Assembly: GCA_951406725.2 (NCBI GenBank)
Contig: OX597833.1
Span: forward strand, 1,240,001 to 1,304,000
DNA: 64,000 nucleotides
Direction of reading: 5' to 3'
DNA from: Octopus vulgaris
Lineage: Eukaryota
Shown: positions 1 to 12,788 of the stretch, piece after piece
How the letters are laid out: each line of letters begins with the position of its first letter
How positions within the stretch are numbered: position 1 is the stretch's first letter
Program-made: the position numbers and the translations under genes
Notes under the pieces: generated by a model
The model's database searches: none
The model's input: the letters and a program-made list of their open reading frames with translations, nothing else
What the model was told of the DNA's origin: nothing

Positions 1-500
1 GGTATTTCGTTTGCCGTTACGTTCTGAGTTAAAATTCCGCCGAGGTTGACTTTGCCTTTCATCCTTTCGGCCTCGATTAAATAAGTACCAGTTACGCACT
101 GGGGTCGATATAATCGGCTTAATCCGTTTGTCTGTCCTCGTTTGTCTCCTCTGTGTTTAGCCCCTTGTGGGTAGTAAAGAAATAGGTATTTCGTCTGCCG
201 CTGCGGAGCTCAAATTCCGCCGAGGTCAACTTTGCCTTTCATCTTTTCGGGGTCGATTGAATAAGTACCAGTTACGCACTGGGGTCGATGTAATCGACTT
301 AATCCTTTTGTCTATCCTTGCTTGTCCTCTCTGTGTTTAGCCCCTTGTGGGTAGTAAAGAAATAGGTATCTCGTCTGTCTTTACCTTCTGAGTTCAAATT
401 CCACCGAGGTCCACTTTGCCTTTCATCCTTTCGGGGTCGATAAATTAAGTACCAGTTGCATACTGGGGTCGATTTAATCAACTGGCTCCCTTCCCCCTTC
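1..500 (+). mobile_element. SINE family A body, tandem array of ~180-bp units (window cuts off the 5' part)
   Basis: Unit start GGTATYTCGT at 1, 185 and 365; the same unit occurs at 29.0-29.7 kb and 40.35-41.1 kb; contains a B-box-like GAGTTCAAAT. Confidence 0.85.
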
Positions 501-859
501 CCTCCGGCCCTCAAGCGTGTGTTTTCCTCTGCCTTCTCCCTTTTTTTCTATTTCTACTAATGTGGCCGGTTTCTGAGATCTATTTTGGTTTTTCCCGCCA
601 TCACTTCGACACCCCAGAGCCATTCTTCACATCGACTTCTCAACCACGTTGTTGTGTCCATCATCCGTCATCCCAAGCCCTACACTGACCATTAATGTCC
701 AGCTCTTTCCTCTCACACTATAACCATAATTCTATGGGCACCTTCTCTCTGCTACTGCTTTCTTTTCCGCGGGTCGTGACTCGCAACGGTTTAAACGGGT
801 CATTAACGACAGCAAGTTTACACGCGCTCCACGGTTTGCAAAGATCCTGCGAACTGTCC

Positions 860-1562
860 CCTACCACCAGACACAACAGCGTTTATATGCGTGCGCACAC
901 ATCACACACACATACACGCATATATATGTGCATGTATGTGTGTGTGTGTGTGTACGTGTGAGTACATGCGTATGTATATAAATATGTACATATAGGATAC
1001 AGAATGAAAGTTCGATAGATATATACAAACATGCATACCTACGTTCATACATAAATATACGTATGTGTGTGTGTGTGTGTATGTGTGTATTTGTGTGTAT
1101 GTATTTGTGTGTGTGTATGTGAGTGGGTTTGTGTGTGTGTGTGTGTACAGGTTTGTGTGTGTATTCATGTATGTATATACATGAATCCGCATTTAAATAT
1201 TTGTACATATTTAGAATTTCGGATGTTATCGACAGAGATAATTAAATATTTGTTCTGTGCTCGCGTTTCGTGCGCGTGTGCACGCGGGTGCGCATGAGTG
1301 TGTGCGTGTGTGTGTGTCTGTGTCTGTGTCTGTGTGTATGTGTCTGTGTGTGCTCGTGTCTGTGTGCGTCTGTGTGTGTGCAAGTCATTGATACCCAGGT
1401 ATTTCCTTGTGCAGGAAATGGAACAAAATACCCAATTAACTACGGGGTACCTTTTCGCGGTATCCACCCATCTGCATTGATTGATATGTTAAGGCGTGTG
1501 TTCACTTCGAGTTTATATGTGCGCGTTCACATCTTAATATCTGCTCATGTGGCACGAGCATG

Positions 1563-1615
<53 letters not shown>

Positions 1616-1639
1616 GTGTGTGTGTGTGTATATATATAT

Positions 1640-1698
<59 letters not shown>

Positions 1699-2743
1699 CT
1701 TTCACTGCCTTTCTATACTCGCCTTTATAGGTTAGGAAATCACTGAAGCGTAAATGCAATAATTTCAAACCTTAATCACTCAACCGTGACTAGTTCCCTA
1801 TTCCTGCAATCCTGTCTTATTTTTATTTGAGATTTCATTTCCCACCTGTTGCCCTCTTCTTCTGCGTCAGCATGGCTTAGAATCGATTAGGCCAGAGAGG
1901 AGGTGTCGATGGATTTAAGGAGGAAGTGGTGGTGATGTTAGGAAACATGGAGGATTTTTATGAGAGGCATGAAGAGTTAGCGTATGCGAGCGTGCATGAG
2001 AGAGAGGGAGATAAAGAGCAAGAGAGAGAGAAGGAGAAGGGGATGGAGAGAGAGAAAGAGAGAAAGAAAGACAGAAAGAAAAGGTAAGAAAAAGAATTAA
2101 ACACGCAAGTGAGAACAAACAGGCATATTTACATATAATACGTATTTGTGTGTATGTGCTTGTGTGTGCATATCTGTGTGTTTGTGTGTGTGTGCCTGTG
2201 TGTGTTTGTGTGTGTCTGTGTGCATGTTTGTATGTGTGTGTGTTTGTGTGTGTATGTGTTTATGTTTTTGTGTGTGTTTGCGTGTGTGTGTGTATGCTTG
2301 AGCGTGCGTGCGTGTGTGTTTGTGTGTGCGCGTATGTCTGTACGTGCGTGCGCGTGTGTGTGTGTTTTTGTGCGTGTGTCTGTGCTTGTGTGTGTATGTG
2401 TGTGTACGTGTGTGTTTGCGCGTTTTTGTGTTTAGCGCATGTGTGTGCTTGTGTGCGCGCGTATGTGTGTATGTGCGTGCGTGTGTCTGTGTGTGTGTTT
2501 GTGCTTGTGTGTGTTTGTGTGTCTGTGTGTCTGTGTTTCTGTGTGTTTCTCTATGTGTGATTGCGTGTTTCTCTATTTGCGTATGTGCATGTTTGCGCGT
2601 GTGTGTGTGTTTGCGTATGTATGTGTGTGTGTGTGTTTGTGTCTGTGTGTGTCTATTTGTGCTTGTGTGTGTCTGTATGTGTGCTTTTGTGTGTATATAT
2701 ATATGTATGTTTCTGTGTGTGTTTGCGTGTTTTGGTGTTTGCA

Positions 2744-2790
<47 letters not shown>
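860..2790. repeat. Degenerate (GT)n/(TA)n/(GA)n microsatellite field
   Basis: Directly visible dinucleotide repeats; source of the VCVC/THTH ORFs. Confidence 0.95.
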
Positions 2791-3057
2791 ACGTAGATTG
2801 TTTTGTTGTGTATCAGCATAAAAGTGCTCGGCAGTACTTTATGCTTGAATCCCATACATGTTTATTTGTGGAGAGCTTAGACGGGATTATATTTCCGAAC
2901 CTTGGTTTGGATCAATGGACTTTTTCGGTCGACTGCCCATATATCCACTGGATTGAGAAATTAGCCGAGTCAACAACAATTACTACGTTTTCAAATGATC
3001 CCGTAATCATTGTTGTCTATTGTCGTCATTTTCTAAGCTATCAAACCGGTCACCATT

Positions 3058-5290
3058 GAAATTCTTTAAAAAGAAATTCTATTATGTAACGGTACGTCGA
3101 AATTATCATTTTTTTAAACTTTCCTTTCGGATGCGTAGTTTCTCTGGGAGTTTGCTGCACTTCGTTCCATTTGGCATTGCGTTCGGTATCTGATCTAATA
3201 TTGTCTGTGCGATGTTGATAGTCATTCCGTTTGCTCTTACCTTCCAAATATGCTTCGAAAGTGCTGTAGTTCTACCTTGGTGGCGATAACGGGATGATGT
3301 GTTGCGGCGGTGCAGGCGGTTTTTGAAAGAGTGCTCTCAGAGTCCTATAGTGTTACTTGATGTGTTAGAGTGAAAGTACATTGGCGCTGCGTACAATGCA
3401 GTTTTCTGTGCATCTGTTCCCAGTAGGAGAAAGTTTTATAATTGTGCGATTGCTCAAACGGCTCGTTTCCTTCTCCATTTATTTGCAATATGTGCCGGAG
3501 TGACTGTTTCGTAAGTAGATTCCATACCAATCACATGGTTCCGGGTTCAGTCCTACTGCGTGGCACCTTGGGCAAGTGTCTTCTATTATAGCCTCGGGAC
3601 GACCAAAGCCTTGTGAGTGGATTTGGTAGACGGAAACTGAATGAAACCCGTCGGGTATATATATATGCATGTATATGTTTGTGTGTCTGTGCTAGTCCCC
3701 GCACCACCATCGCTTGTCAACTAATGTCGGTGTCTCTACGTCCCCGTAACTTAGCGTTTCAGCAAAAGAAAGAAACCGATAGAATAAGTACTAGGCTTAC
3801 AGAGAAGAAGTTCTGGGGTCGATTTGCTCGACTAAAGGCGGTGTTCCAGCATGGCCGCAGTCAAATGACTGAAACAAATAGGAGTAAGAGAATAAAGAGT
3901 ATTATATCTTGTAGTGGCACTTGACATGATTTTCGTGCAGCGGTAGCTTATCTTTATGTTGTTTTCCTTGAAATGCTTATGAATAATTATTCATAATTAT
4001 TTCTAATTATGGAGAGAAAAGATTTTGCTTTATTGCTTTTTATTTGTTAAGAGCAATTACTAGTTGTAGTCTTAGTACTTAAATCCTTTTAAATGTTTTG
4101 GCTTGAAAATAATAATGGTCGTGACAGCCAATCTTACGACTGAACCAAAGAAATTTTGTTTCCATTGGTTCTTCAAAATACCAATGCTATTGGTCGCAAA
4201 TACTAGCAGAAGTGTCTTTTGATAAGGGGGCTGGATATGAAATCAGAATGCACACAGCTGGAATTGATGCCCAAACGCATCAATTTCGACGTTCTGATAA
4301 TTCTGCCAACCTATAACCACGAAAAGATGAAAGGCAAAATTGATATCAGTAGCATTTGAACTCAAAGTGTAGAGATTAGGAAAAAATGCTGCAAAGCCCT
4401 CTAATTGCCACTCTGAAGACTCTGCCAGTTCGCTACATGTTTGCTGATGCCTTGTAAACGTGGTATCGTTGAAGTATAAAACTTTGATTCCTTAACAAAT
4501 GCTGTCGGTACATGTTTTTTTCTGATGCCTGATGAGTAGATCCATTGAGATTGGTTATAAGATCGGGCGCTAGAATGTCTCTAAAAAGGGAACGCGTGAT
4601 TTTGATTTTAGTTTCAAAGAGATATTGCAGTGAATTTAAAGCTGTAAATTTTGCCTTGGGTGTTGCTCTCTGATCTAATATTTTTATTGTTGTAATTAAT
4701 ATTTTTCTCGGAGTGTCATCTGTTGACGTGTTAACACTGTGTGATATCATCAACCCATCATCTCTATACAAGCCCACGCTAAATCCATTCATGGAGCCTT
4801 GAGCATTTTTTCAACAAAAAACAAACTTCACTCTTGCTCATAGATTTCTGTTCTCTCAAAATTATCTGAAATACCATAACCACTGGTTGATATGTTGCAG
4901 CTTGAGTTTTTAGTTGTATAGTTGTATATTGTAATGAAATACTCGGTATTTTTAAAAGATTATCTCCGAAAGATTATCATCAGCAACATCGAACTGTTAA
5001 ATCTGAATATTTATTTTCGATGCCTTTCAACTACGTGATAACTGGTACATTGGTGTTACTGTGTTGTTCCATAGATTCTTACGCGTAGACGTCAAAATTT
5101 CAGTAGCAATCACCTAATATGCTTTACGACAGCGGTTAAAAACTATACCAAAATATATATATTTTATGTGAATTTTTACTGTGAAAATATATTTTATGCA
5201 GAAATTCTACGACAAAGTTACTTTTAGCACGATTCCTAATTTGAGATGTATTTGGCTGGTCAGGGATTTTGATTGTGATTATCTACTTTT
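3058..5290 (-). pseudogene. Decayed Penelope-like element ORF (RT + C-terminal GIY-YIG endonuclease), interrupted by SINEs
   Basis: Minus-strand motifs in canonical PLE order: LGIVLK (~5225), NLWNNT (~5070), QFDVAD (~4990), EVCFLL (~4820), GLYRDDGL (4751-4775), KHFKENNIKISYRCTKIMSS (~3920-3980), CIVRSANV, TIGL*EHSFKNR, TALSKHIWK (~3250) and IISTYRY..EFLFKEF (~3060-3110). Stops and frameshifts present. Confidence 0.75.
3491..3900 (+). mobile_element. SINE family B (tRNA-like head, CORE-like box, internal microsatellite) inserted in the PLE
   Basis: GGTTCCGGGTTCAGTCC B-box region, CCTTGGGCAAGTGTCTT CORE-like motif, 3' ...CATGGCCGCAGTCAAATGACTGAAAC; about 20 copies in the window. Confidence 0.85.
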
Positions 5291-5391
5291 GAATATATTT
5301 GTGGTGCACACGATGTAGTTGCACTCTTAAATATCTGACGTTGAACATTTGCTTCAGTGTAGCAATTCCATCGTATACACATAATTCCACA

Positions 5392-5396
5392 AACAC

Positions 5397-5478
<82 letters not shown>
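5392..5478. repeat. (CA)n microsatellite
   Basis: Near-pure CA run. Confidence 0.95.
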
Positions 5479-5480
<2 letters not shown>

Positions 5481-5576
5481 TCAACTGTCAGGACAACACA
5501 TATATGTTATAAATGTAGAGTTTGGTTTTAGTGATTTTGTTTCTGTTAATTCCTGATAAAATTTTAACCGAATGTA

Positions 5577-5996
5577 GGCGCAGGAGTGGAGTGGCTGTGT
5601 GGTAAGTAGCTTGTTTACTAACCACATAGTTCCGGGTTCAGTCCCACTGCGTGGCATCTTGGGCAAGTGTCTTCTACTGTAGCCTCGGGCCGACCAAAGC
5701 CTTGTGAGTGGATTTGGTAGACAGAAACTGAAAGAAGCCCGTCGTATATATGTATATATGTGTGTGTGCGTGTGTGTTTGTGTGTCTGTGTTTGTCCCAC
5801 CCAGCATCGCTTGAGAACCGATGCTGGTGTTTTTATATCCCCGTCACTTAGCGGTTCGGCAAAAGAGACCGATAGAATAAGTACTAGGCTTACGAAGAAT
5901 AAGCCCCGGGGTCTAGTTGCTCGATTAAAGGCGGTGCTCCAGCATGGCCGCAGTCAAATGACTGAAACAAGTAAAAGAGTAAAAGAGTAAAAGAGA
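5577..5996 (+). mobile_element. SINE family B, full length
   Basis: GGCGCAGGAGTGG head through (GTAAAAGA)n tail. Confidence 0.9.
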
Positions 5997-6487
5997 ATGT
6001 TTTTACAGAAAAATGAAATACAAAATCACTGTCCTAATCTCTTTGGAGAACGGCAGAGAAAGGAACTGAAAATATTAAATTATATGGTCAACTGTCAAAA
6101 CTATAAAACCGGAGAAAACGGCAAGCATTGAGACCACATCTTTTGTTTAATTCCTTCATCTGGTCTTTGGGTGCTTTTAGCTGCATCCACACTATTGCAA
6201 GCATTCGGGCTACGCTTCTGATTTAATTCCTCCACCACCCCTGGGTGCGTCAGCGCATGGATGTGTGTGCTTGCGGATGGAGCTACAAGTGTATGTTTGC
6301 GTGTCGGTGTGTCTGCAGTGTGGGTGTGGGGCATGTGAATGCATATGTGCATACGTGTATATCTGTGTGCGTATATCAGTAACATATATATGAGAGTGGA
6401 CATGTTTGTTTCCATATGTGTACATGAGTGCCCTCCAGTATGTGGATGTGTGTATATACCTGTGCGAACTGTATGTGTATTAATATG

Positions 6488-6683
6488 TAGAAGGGTGAGT
6501 CAAAAAGTAATGCCATTTTGTTTAGGACAGGTATAATTACCATCACAGGAACATGTATCATACATCAAAATGAAGCCGGTCTTCTGTGGATCACATCCCT
6601 ACTTCTCAACATAGTCACCGCTTCTCTCAATAGCAATGTTCCACCTTCGAAGGAGAGCATGTATCCCTGTCCGGTAAAATTTT
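6488..6683 (-). mobile_element. Mariner transposon 3' end remnant
   Basis: Minus strand encodes KFYRTGIHALLRRWNIAIERSGDYVEK*, a typical mariner transposase C-terminus; ends in TIR-like TAGAAGGGTGAGTCAAAAAGTAATGCC. Confidence 0.8.
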
Positions 6684-6914
6684 GTTGACAATTACAAATA
6701 CAAACATCAAGACATTAAACAACAGGTGTCTTTCGACTAAGGACGAATTAAATTAAGCAGAATTAAATTAATCAATCTTGGAAAAGAGTTGAAACGCAAA
6801 TCGACCTAGGTGCTATTTGAACTCAGAAAGCAATGAACCGGAAAACAAGCCGCTAAGCACTTTGTTCGGTGCAGTAAAGACTCTGCAAACTCACCGTCTT
6901 CTAACAAATGCTGA

Positions 6915-7400
6915 TAACGGTTTCAAATTTTGGCACAAGGCCAGCAATTTTGTGAGAGGAGAAAAATCGACTACATTGACCCGTTTTCAACTGGTACTTC
7001 TTTTATCGACAAGGAAAGGATGAAAGGCTAAGTCCACCTTGGCAGACTTAATTATGAGTAATAATGGTTTCAAATTTTTGCATAAGGCCAGAAGAGGCGA
7101 CTAATCGATTACATCACCCCCAGTGTTTCACTGGTACTTAATTTATCGACCCCTAAAGGATGAAAGGCTAAGTCCACCTTGGCAGACTTAATTATGAGTA
7201 ATAATGGTTTCAAAGGCCAGAGGAGGCAACTAGTCGATTACATCGACCCCAGTGTTTCACTGGTACTTAATTTATCGACCACTAAAGGATGAAAGGCAAA
7301 GTCAACCTTGGCGGAATTCCAACTCAGAACGTAAAGACGGACGAAATACCGCTAAGCATTTTGTCCGGCGTGCTAACGTTTCTGCCAGCTGGCCGCATTA
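6915..7400 (-). mobile_element. SINE family A copies with a local ~140-bp tandem duplication
   Basis: AAAGGATGAAAGGCTAAGTCCACCTTGGCAGACTTAATTATGAG occurs at ~7015 and ~7156; head at ~7320-7400. Confidence 0.75.
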
Positions 7401-7829
7401 ACAAACGGTAACAAACAACGTATAAGATTTATTTCTGCGATAGGAACATGGAGTCAATTCTAATGCGGGGCGACAGATAATTTAATCAACTGTCAGTACT
7501 TCATTTTGTATTTATTGTATCAACCAAACAAGGATAAAGGGTAAGCGGAACGCCATTGTTATTGTGAACAGAGAGTATATATTAAGAAAAAAGAAATCTA
7601 ACTTCGGTTCCCAGAAGCCAGTTTTGTCTGGTAACTCATCGATATTATGGTAATGCGAAGAAATAATATTGTGATAAAATATAAGCCTGAAAATATCCGA
7701 ACGGATACAGGAATTTATATACGAAAAACTTAGAAATTCAATTTACTTTTTGTGTATGTCACATATATCGCTGTGTGAGTATCACTTCATGGTGTGCACA
7801 CACATAAGTAAACATATCAGTACGTGTTC

Positions 7830-7903
<74 letters not shown>

Positions 7904-8119
7904 CTGAGAGTTAAATGAAATTATAATCGTAAAAGCAAAACTCGAAAATAATGCTAGTGGCTGTGTGTATATAAATGTGTGTGTGTGAGTGTTTAGGTGG
8001 GTGTGGTGTGGGTGCTTGTGCTGATATGAGTGCACCCACAGCAGAATTCGGCTATACATAATGCACACACTATACAACCACACACTTGTATACACCATAA
8101 ATATACATATACATACATA

Positions 8120-8185
<66 letters not shown>

Positions 8186-8235
8186 CATACATACATACAT
8201 ACATACATACATACATACATACATACATACATACA

Positions 8236-8267
<32 letters not shown>

Positions 8268-8802
8268 CACTCACACATATACAGCAGAGCTTACCAAACA
8301 AGTCACAGACATCACAGACATTACTCAATAACATTTCGACAAGACAGAAAGCCACAACATAAGCTGTCTGCAAAATGGCTAAAAATATAGATTTTGTCAA
8401 GAAAGACGTTCTTTGGGGAAAAACGTACATTGTATCTCCTCGAAACAGACTGCTTCTAATACGTTCAAGAATTAGAAGACGTCAGTATGAGAGAATAGTT
8501 GAATAGGAGTGGATCATGGAGAAGAGGTACTGAGGTGCGGCTTGGGTCGGGTTGTAGGCTGGCTGGTTGGCTGGTTGGCTGGTTGGCTGGTTGGGTGGGT
8601 TTCTGCGGTTGAAGAATACGATTTATTATTTATGAATTAACGTATTTAGGATTTTAATCTCTTCTACCTCTAGGTTTCGAATTAATTTTATATTTCATAT
8701 GATTTGCGCTGGCGGCCATGTGGCTCTATATTTGTATGTATGGTGTGCGAAGCAAGTGACTACGGACGAGAGTGGCTGTCTATACACAGTCACACACACA
8801 CA

Positions 8803-8865
<63 letters not shown>

Positions 8866-9055
8866 ACACTCAAACACACACACACACACATATATTTATA
8901 TAATATGCATATATATTCCTAGACATTACACGCATATTCCTTCATATATATATATGATACATGTATCTCTCTCTCTCTCTCTCTCTTTCTATCTATTTAT
9001 CTATCTATCTATTTGTATATATATATATATATGTATGTATGTATATATATGAATG

Positions 9056-9142
<87 letters not shown>

Positions 9143-9289
9143 ATGTATATGCATATATATATGTATTATACACTTATGTGCCTGTGAGCATATGTATGCA
9201 TAAACACTACACATACTTATGTATATTGGTACATGTATATACACACATCCACACAAGCACATTTATATATAATATATAATAAATGATAC

Positions 9290-9545
9290 ATATACATGCA
9301 TATGTGGGTACAGGACGTCACCGACGGTGAAAATAACATGAAATACGTAAACAAATAAGGGAAAAACGAGTGAAATACGTAAACAACGAGAAAAAATGTG
9401 AAACAGGAGAAGTAAACAGAGAGGAGGGACGCTTCATCAGTTGTCGGTTGTCTATCTATTCCTCATTTCGGGCTCAAAACGACAATATGAGTCTTCAAAG
9501 ACACCTGCTCCTATAAATTCTAAAATACAATTCAGAATTTATAGG
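9290..9545 (-). mobile_element. Non-coding family D element carrying a permuted hammerhead
   Basis: Shares GTACAGGAC and A-rich segments with 47.4-47.8 kb and 50.8-51.3 kb. Confidence 0.55.
9431..9491 (-). ncRNA. Non-circularly permuted hammerhead ribozyme motif
   Basis: 5'-CUC AUA UUGUCG uuuuga gccc GAAAU GAG ... CGACAA CUGAUGA agc-3'; stems I and III are perfect, stem II is weak. Confidence 0.6.
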
Positions 9546-9552
9546 AATTTAT

Positions 9553-9928
9553 ATCTCATATCAAAATAAACAGAGTATGACTTTGCAGGTGAGGCCCAGT
9601 TAGAATTTTCTTCAGGTCGAGTAAACCCATCCCTTTCAAAAGATCCCTGTATAAATTTAGTTTCAGGATGATGAACGAAACACCCATTTTTCCAGAGATT
9701 AATCATTCAAACCGCAAGTCTATCTTTCAACACATGGCTATGATGCTCCCCCACTAATTCTGCTCGTGATCAGAGATGCACATCTCGTCAGCCACCAAGG
9801 AACATGCTCAACTGGTTACGGTCAAACAATCGACAAGCGAATGTGTGGTGTTCAGCAGAATATTTGCTGTAGACCATCTTTTATCCCAAGACAAAACATG
9901 AGAGCCACTGTCCAGTTCTGCATCAGGG

Positions 9929-9930
<2 letters not shown>
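9553..9930 (-). mobile_element. Family C repeat, partial copy abutting (ATT)n
   Basis: Matches 38410-38828 (GATGCTCCCCCACT, GTGATCAGAGATGCACAT). Confidence 0.75.
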
Positions 9931-9982
<52 letters not shown>

Positions 9983-10009
9983 CATTATTATTATCATTAT
10001 TAGTGTTGT

Positions 10010-10190
10010 TGCTTAACGGCATTTCGTCTGCCTTTACGTTCTGAGTTCAAATTCTGCCGAGGTCGACTTTGCTTTTCATCCTTTCGGGGTCGATAAATTA
10101 AGTACTAATTAAAGACTGGGGTCGATGTAATTGACACATCCCTTCCCCTAAAATGGCTGCCCCTGTGGAAAAATTAGAAATCATTATTAG
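10010..10190 (+). mobile_element. SINE family A, 5'-truncated
   Basis: TTCTGAGTTCAAATTCTGCCGAGGTCGACTTTGC...GGGGTCGATAAATTAAGTAC. Confidence 0.8.
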
Positions 10191-10199
10191 TATTAATTA

Positions 10200-10233
10200 T
10201 TCATTTATTTATTTATTATTCTCATTATCATTA

Positions 10234-10280
<47 letters not shown>

Positions 10281-10314
10281 GTTATTATTATTATTATTAA
10301 TATTATTATTATTG

Positions 10315-10376
<62 letters not shown>

Positions 10377-10448
10377 GTTGTTATTATTATTATTATTGTT
10401 GTTATTATTATTATTATTATTGTTGTTGTTATCATTATTATTATCATT

Positions 10449-10479
<31 letters not shown>

Positions 10480-11683
10480 TTATTATTATTATTATGTATT
10501 CATATATTTATTTATATATTTTATACCCGTTTAATAATTTCCGTTTATTCTACGATTATCGATCACACAAAATGCCTTCCGTTTACTGCCGCCAACACCA
10601 GCGCCACCACCGCCACTAAAACAACCACCACCTGCACAACCACCACCACCACCACCACAACAACAACAACAACAACAACACGATAGGAACAATACCAAAA
10701 TTCGAGGGGGTTTTTAGACTGTATCAAAGGCATAAACACTAAATCCATTAGGAGCTTATCAATGCCTGTTTGGTGTTTCTCTTTGACAAACGCCATAAGT
10801 AAAGAACAGAAACGATCGAATTCTCCCTTTTCAGAGCCAATTAAATTCGTTTGAAATGTTATTCAATGGATATACTCTCTTTCATTCTTTCTTCCTTCTC
10901 TTTTCGTTTATTCTTTCCTTCTCCTTTCTCTCTGTGCTTATTTCTTTCTTTATCTCTTATCCCTGCTTTTCGTTCTTTTCCTTCCATCTTGCTTTTCTGC
11001 CTTTTCCTCCTGATCTATCCTCTCCTTTCTTCTCTCTTTTTTTCTTTCGTCTTTTTCTCTTTCACTCCTTCACCCTCACATTCTCATTTTCCTCATCTCT
11101 TCTTTCGTCCTTTCTTTATTCTTTCTTTCTCTTTTCCTCTTTCTTTTCCTTCTCTCGTTCTTTTTCGGATTCTTTCTTTTTCCATTGATTTCTTCTGTTC
11201 CTCTCCTTCCTCCTCCTCCTCTTACTACTACTCCTTTTTCTTCTTTATCTTTTCCTGTTTCTCCTAAATCCTTTCTTCTTTCTTTCCATCTTTCTTTCCT
11301 TCCTCACGAATTCTCTTCTTCTACACTTCTTTCTCATCATCATTTTTTTCTTCATGTTCCTTTTTATCTTCTTCTTCTTCTTCTTCTTCTTCTTCTTCTT
11401 CTTCTTCTTCTTCTTCTTCTTCTTCTTCTTCTTCTTCTTCTTCTTCTTCTTCTTCTTCTTCTTCTTTTTTTTTTCTTCTTCTTCTTCTTTTTCTTTTCTT
11501 CTTCTTCTTCCTCTTCTCCCCCTCTTTTTTTCTCTTCTTCCCACGTTTCTCACCGCTGCGATCTTGCTAGATTTTCATCTCTATTCGATACCTGCTTTTC
11601 TTTTCTCGATTCAAACAACAACAACAACAACAACAACAACAGAAACAAGAACAACAACAACAACGACGACGACAATAATAACG

Positions 11684-11728
<45 letters not shown>

Positions 11729-11740
11729 TTAATAATAACA
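10200..11740. repeat. (ATT)n, (CAC/CAA)n, CT-rich, (CTT)n and (AAT)n low-complexity block
   Basis: Directly visible simple repeats. Confidence 0.9.
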
Positions 11741-12042
11741 AAAGCAACAAGAGATGAATAGTAACTTATTGAACATATGACGAACTAACCAAGTCGACAA
11801 ACCAATGTTTTGCATTGTTTTGTCTTTTAGTTCTTCTGCAATGCAATGGAATTTAATGATGATGGTGATAATGATGAGGAGGGAGAGGAGAAGGAGGAGG
11901 AAGCCGCGGCGGAGGAGTGTTGTGGTAGTGGTGGGAGTGTTGTTTTACAGAGCTTGGTAATTAGTTTGTTTTGTAGATGGAATAAATAATTGATGAGGTC
12001 TCCGTATGGAGTATTCGCAAATGTAAAATGTGTAATGGCTTG

Positions 12043-12092
<50 letters not shown>

Positions 12093-12235
12093 AAGAGTGA
12101 GAGAGTGAGTGAATGAGAGGGAGTGTAAGAAAGAGGGAGAGATAGGGGAGATTTCACTGAGACAGCTTCTAGGTTATGAAGTTGTGATGTAATGTGGATA
12201 TACATACCGTATGTACAGGAAATGTTAGATTAATA

Positions 12236-12579
12236 GGCGTGGCTGTGAGGTAAGGAGCTTATTTCCCAACCACATAGATCCGGGTTCAGTCCTGCTGCGT
12301 GGCACTTGGGATAAGTGTCTTTTACTATAGTCTCGAGCCAACCAAAGCCTTGTGAGAGGATTTGGCAGACGGAAACTGAAAGAAGTTTGTCATATTGAAC
12401 CTTACACGGTTTTTTCTTTGTCACTTTGTTTATTTTCTCTAGTTCCTCTCTGCTGAAGAGCGTGGGCTCGAAATGTAAAAGACTTTTTCATTTTCCCGAG
12501 CGTTAAACTAATACACTTGTTTGTTGTTCCTGCACCTGTCTTCGTCTTTTGTTTTTCTATAAATTTGAACTATATTTGT

Positions 12580-12632
<53 letters not shown>

Positions 12633-12690
12633 TTTGTGTGTGTGTTTGTCTCCCCACCGCAACCACCGTTTGACAACCGTTGTATGTTTG
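12236..12690 (+). mobile_element. SINE family B interrupted at its internal microsatellite by a ~170-bp HHR-bearing element
   Basis: Head at 12236-12390, insert at ~12400-12575, SINE resumes with TTTGTCTCCCCAC...TTGACAACCG. Confidence 0.65.
12446..12482 (+). ncRNA. Minimal type I hammerhead motif (PLE-type)
   Basis: CUGAAGA GCguggGCuc GAAA u GUA aaaga; stem I imperfect; reverse-oriented homologue at 46107-46260. Confidence 0.5.
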
Positions 12691-12744
12691 CATTATTTAT
12701 GTACGATACAACAGTTTAGAAACTGTGCGATCTTGGAAGATTCA

Positions 12745-12780
<36 letters not shown>

Positions 12781-12788
<8 letters not shown>

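Noticed and set aside
510-870. Possible RTE-type LINE 3' remnant or exon
   Set aside because: Stops in all three minus-strand frames I translated, and only vague motif resemblance.
9770-9795. Minus-strand CTGACGA/CTGATGA in family C (also ~38644), and in the Helitron at ~50717
   Set aside because: No correctly placed GAAA strand with stems.
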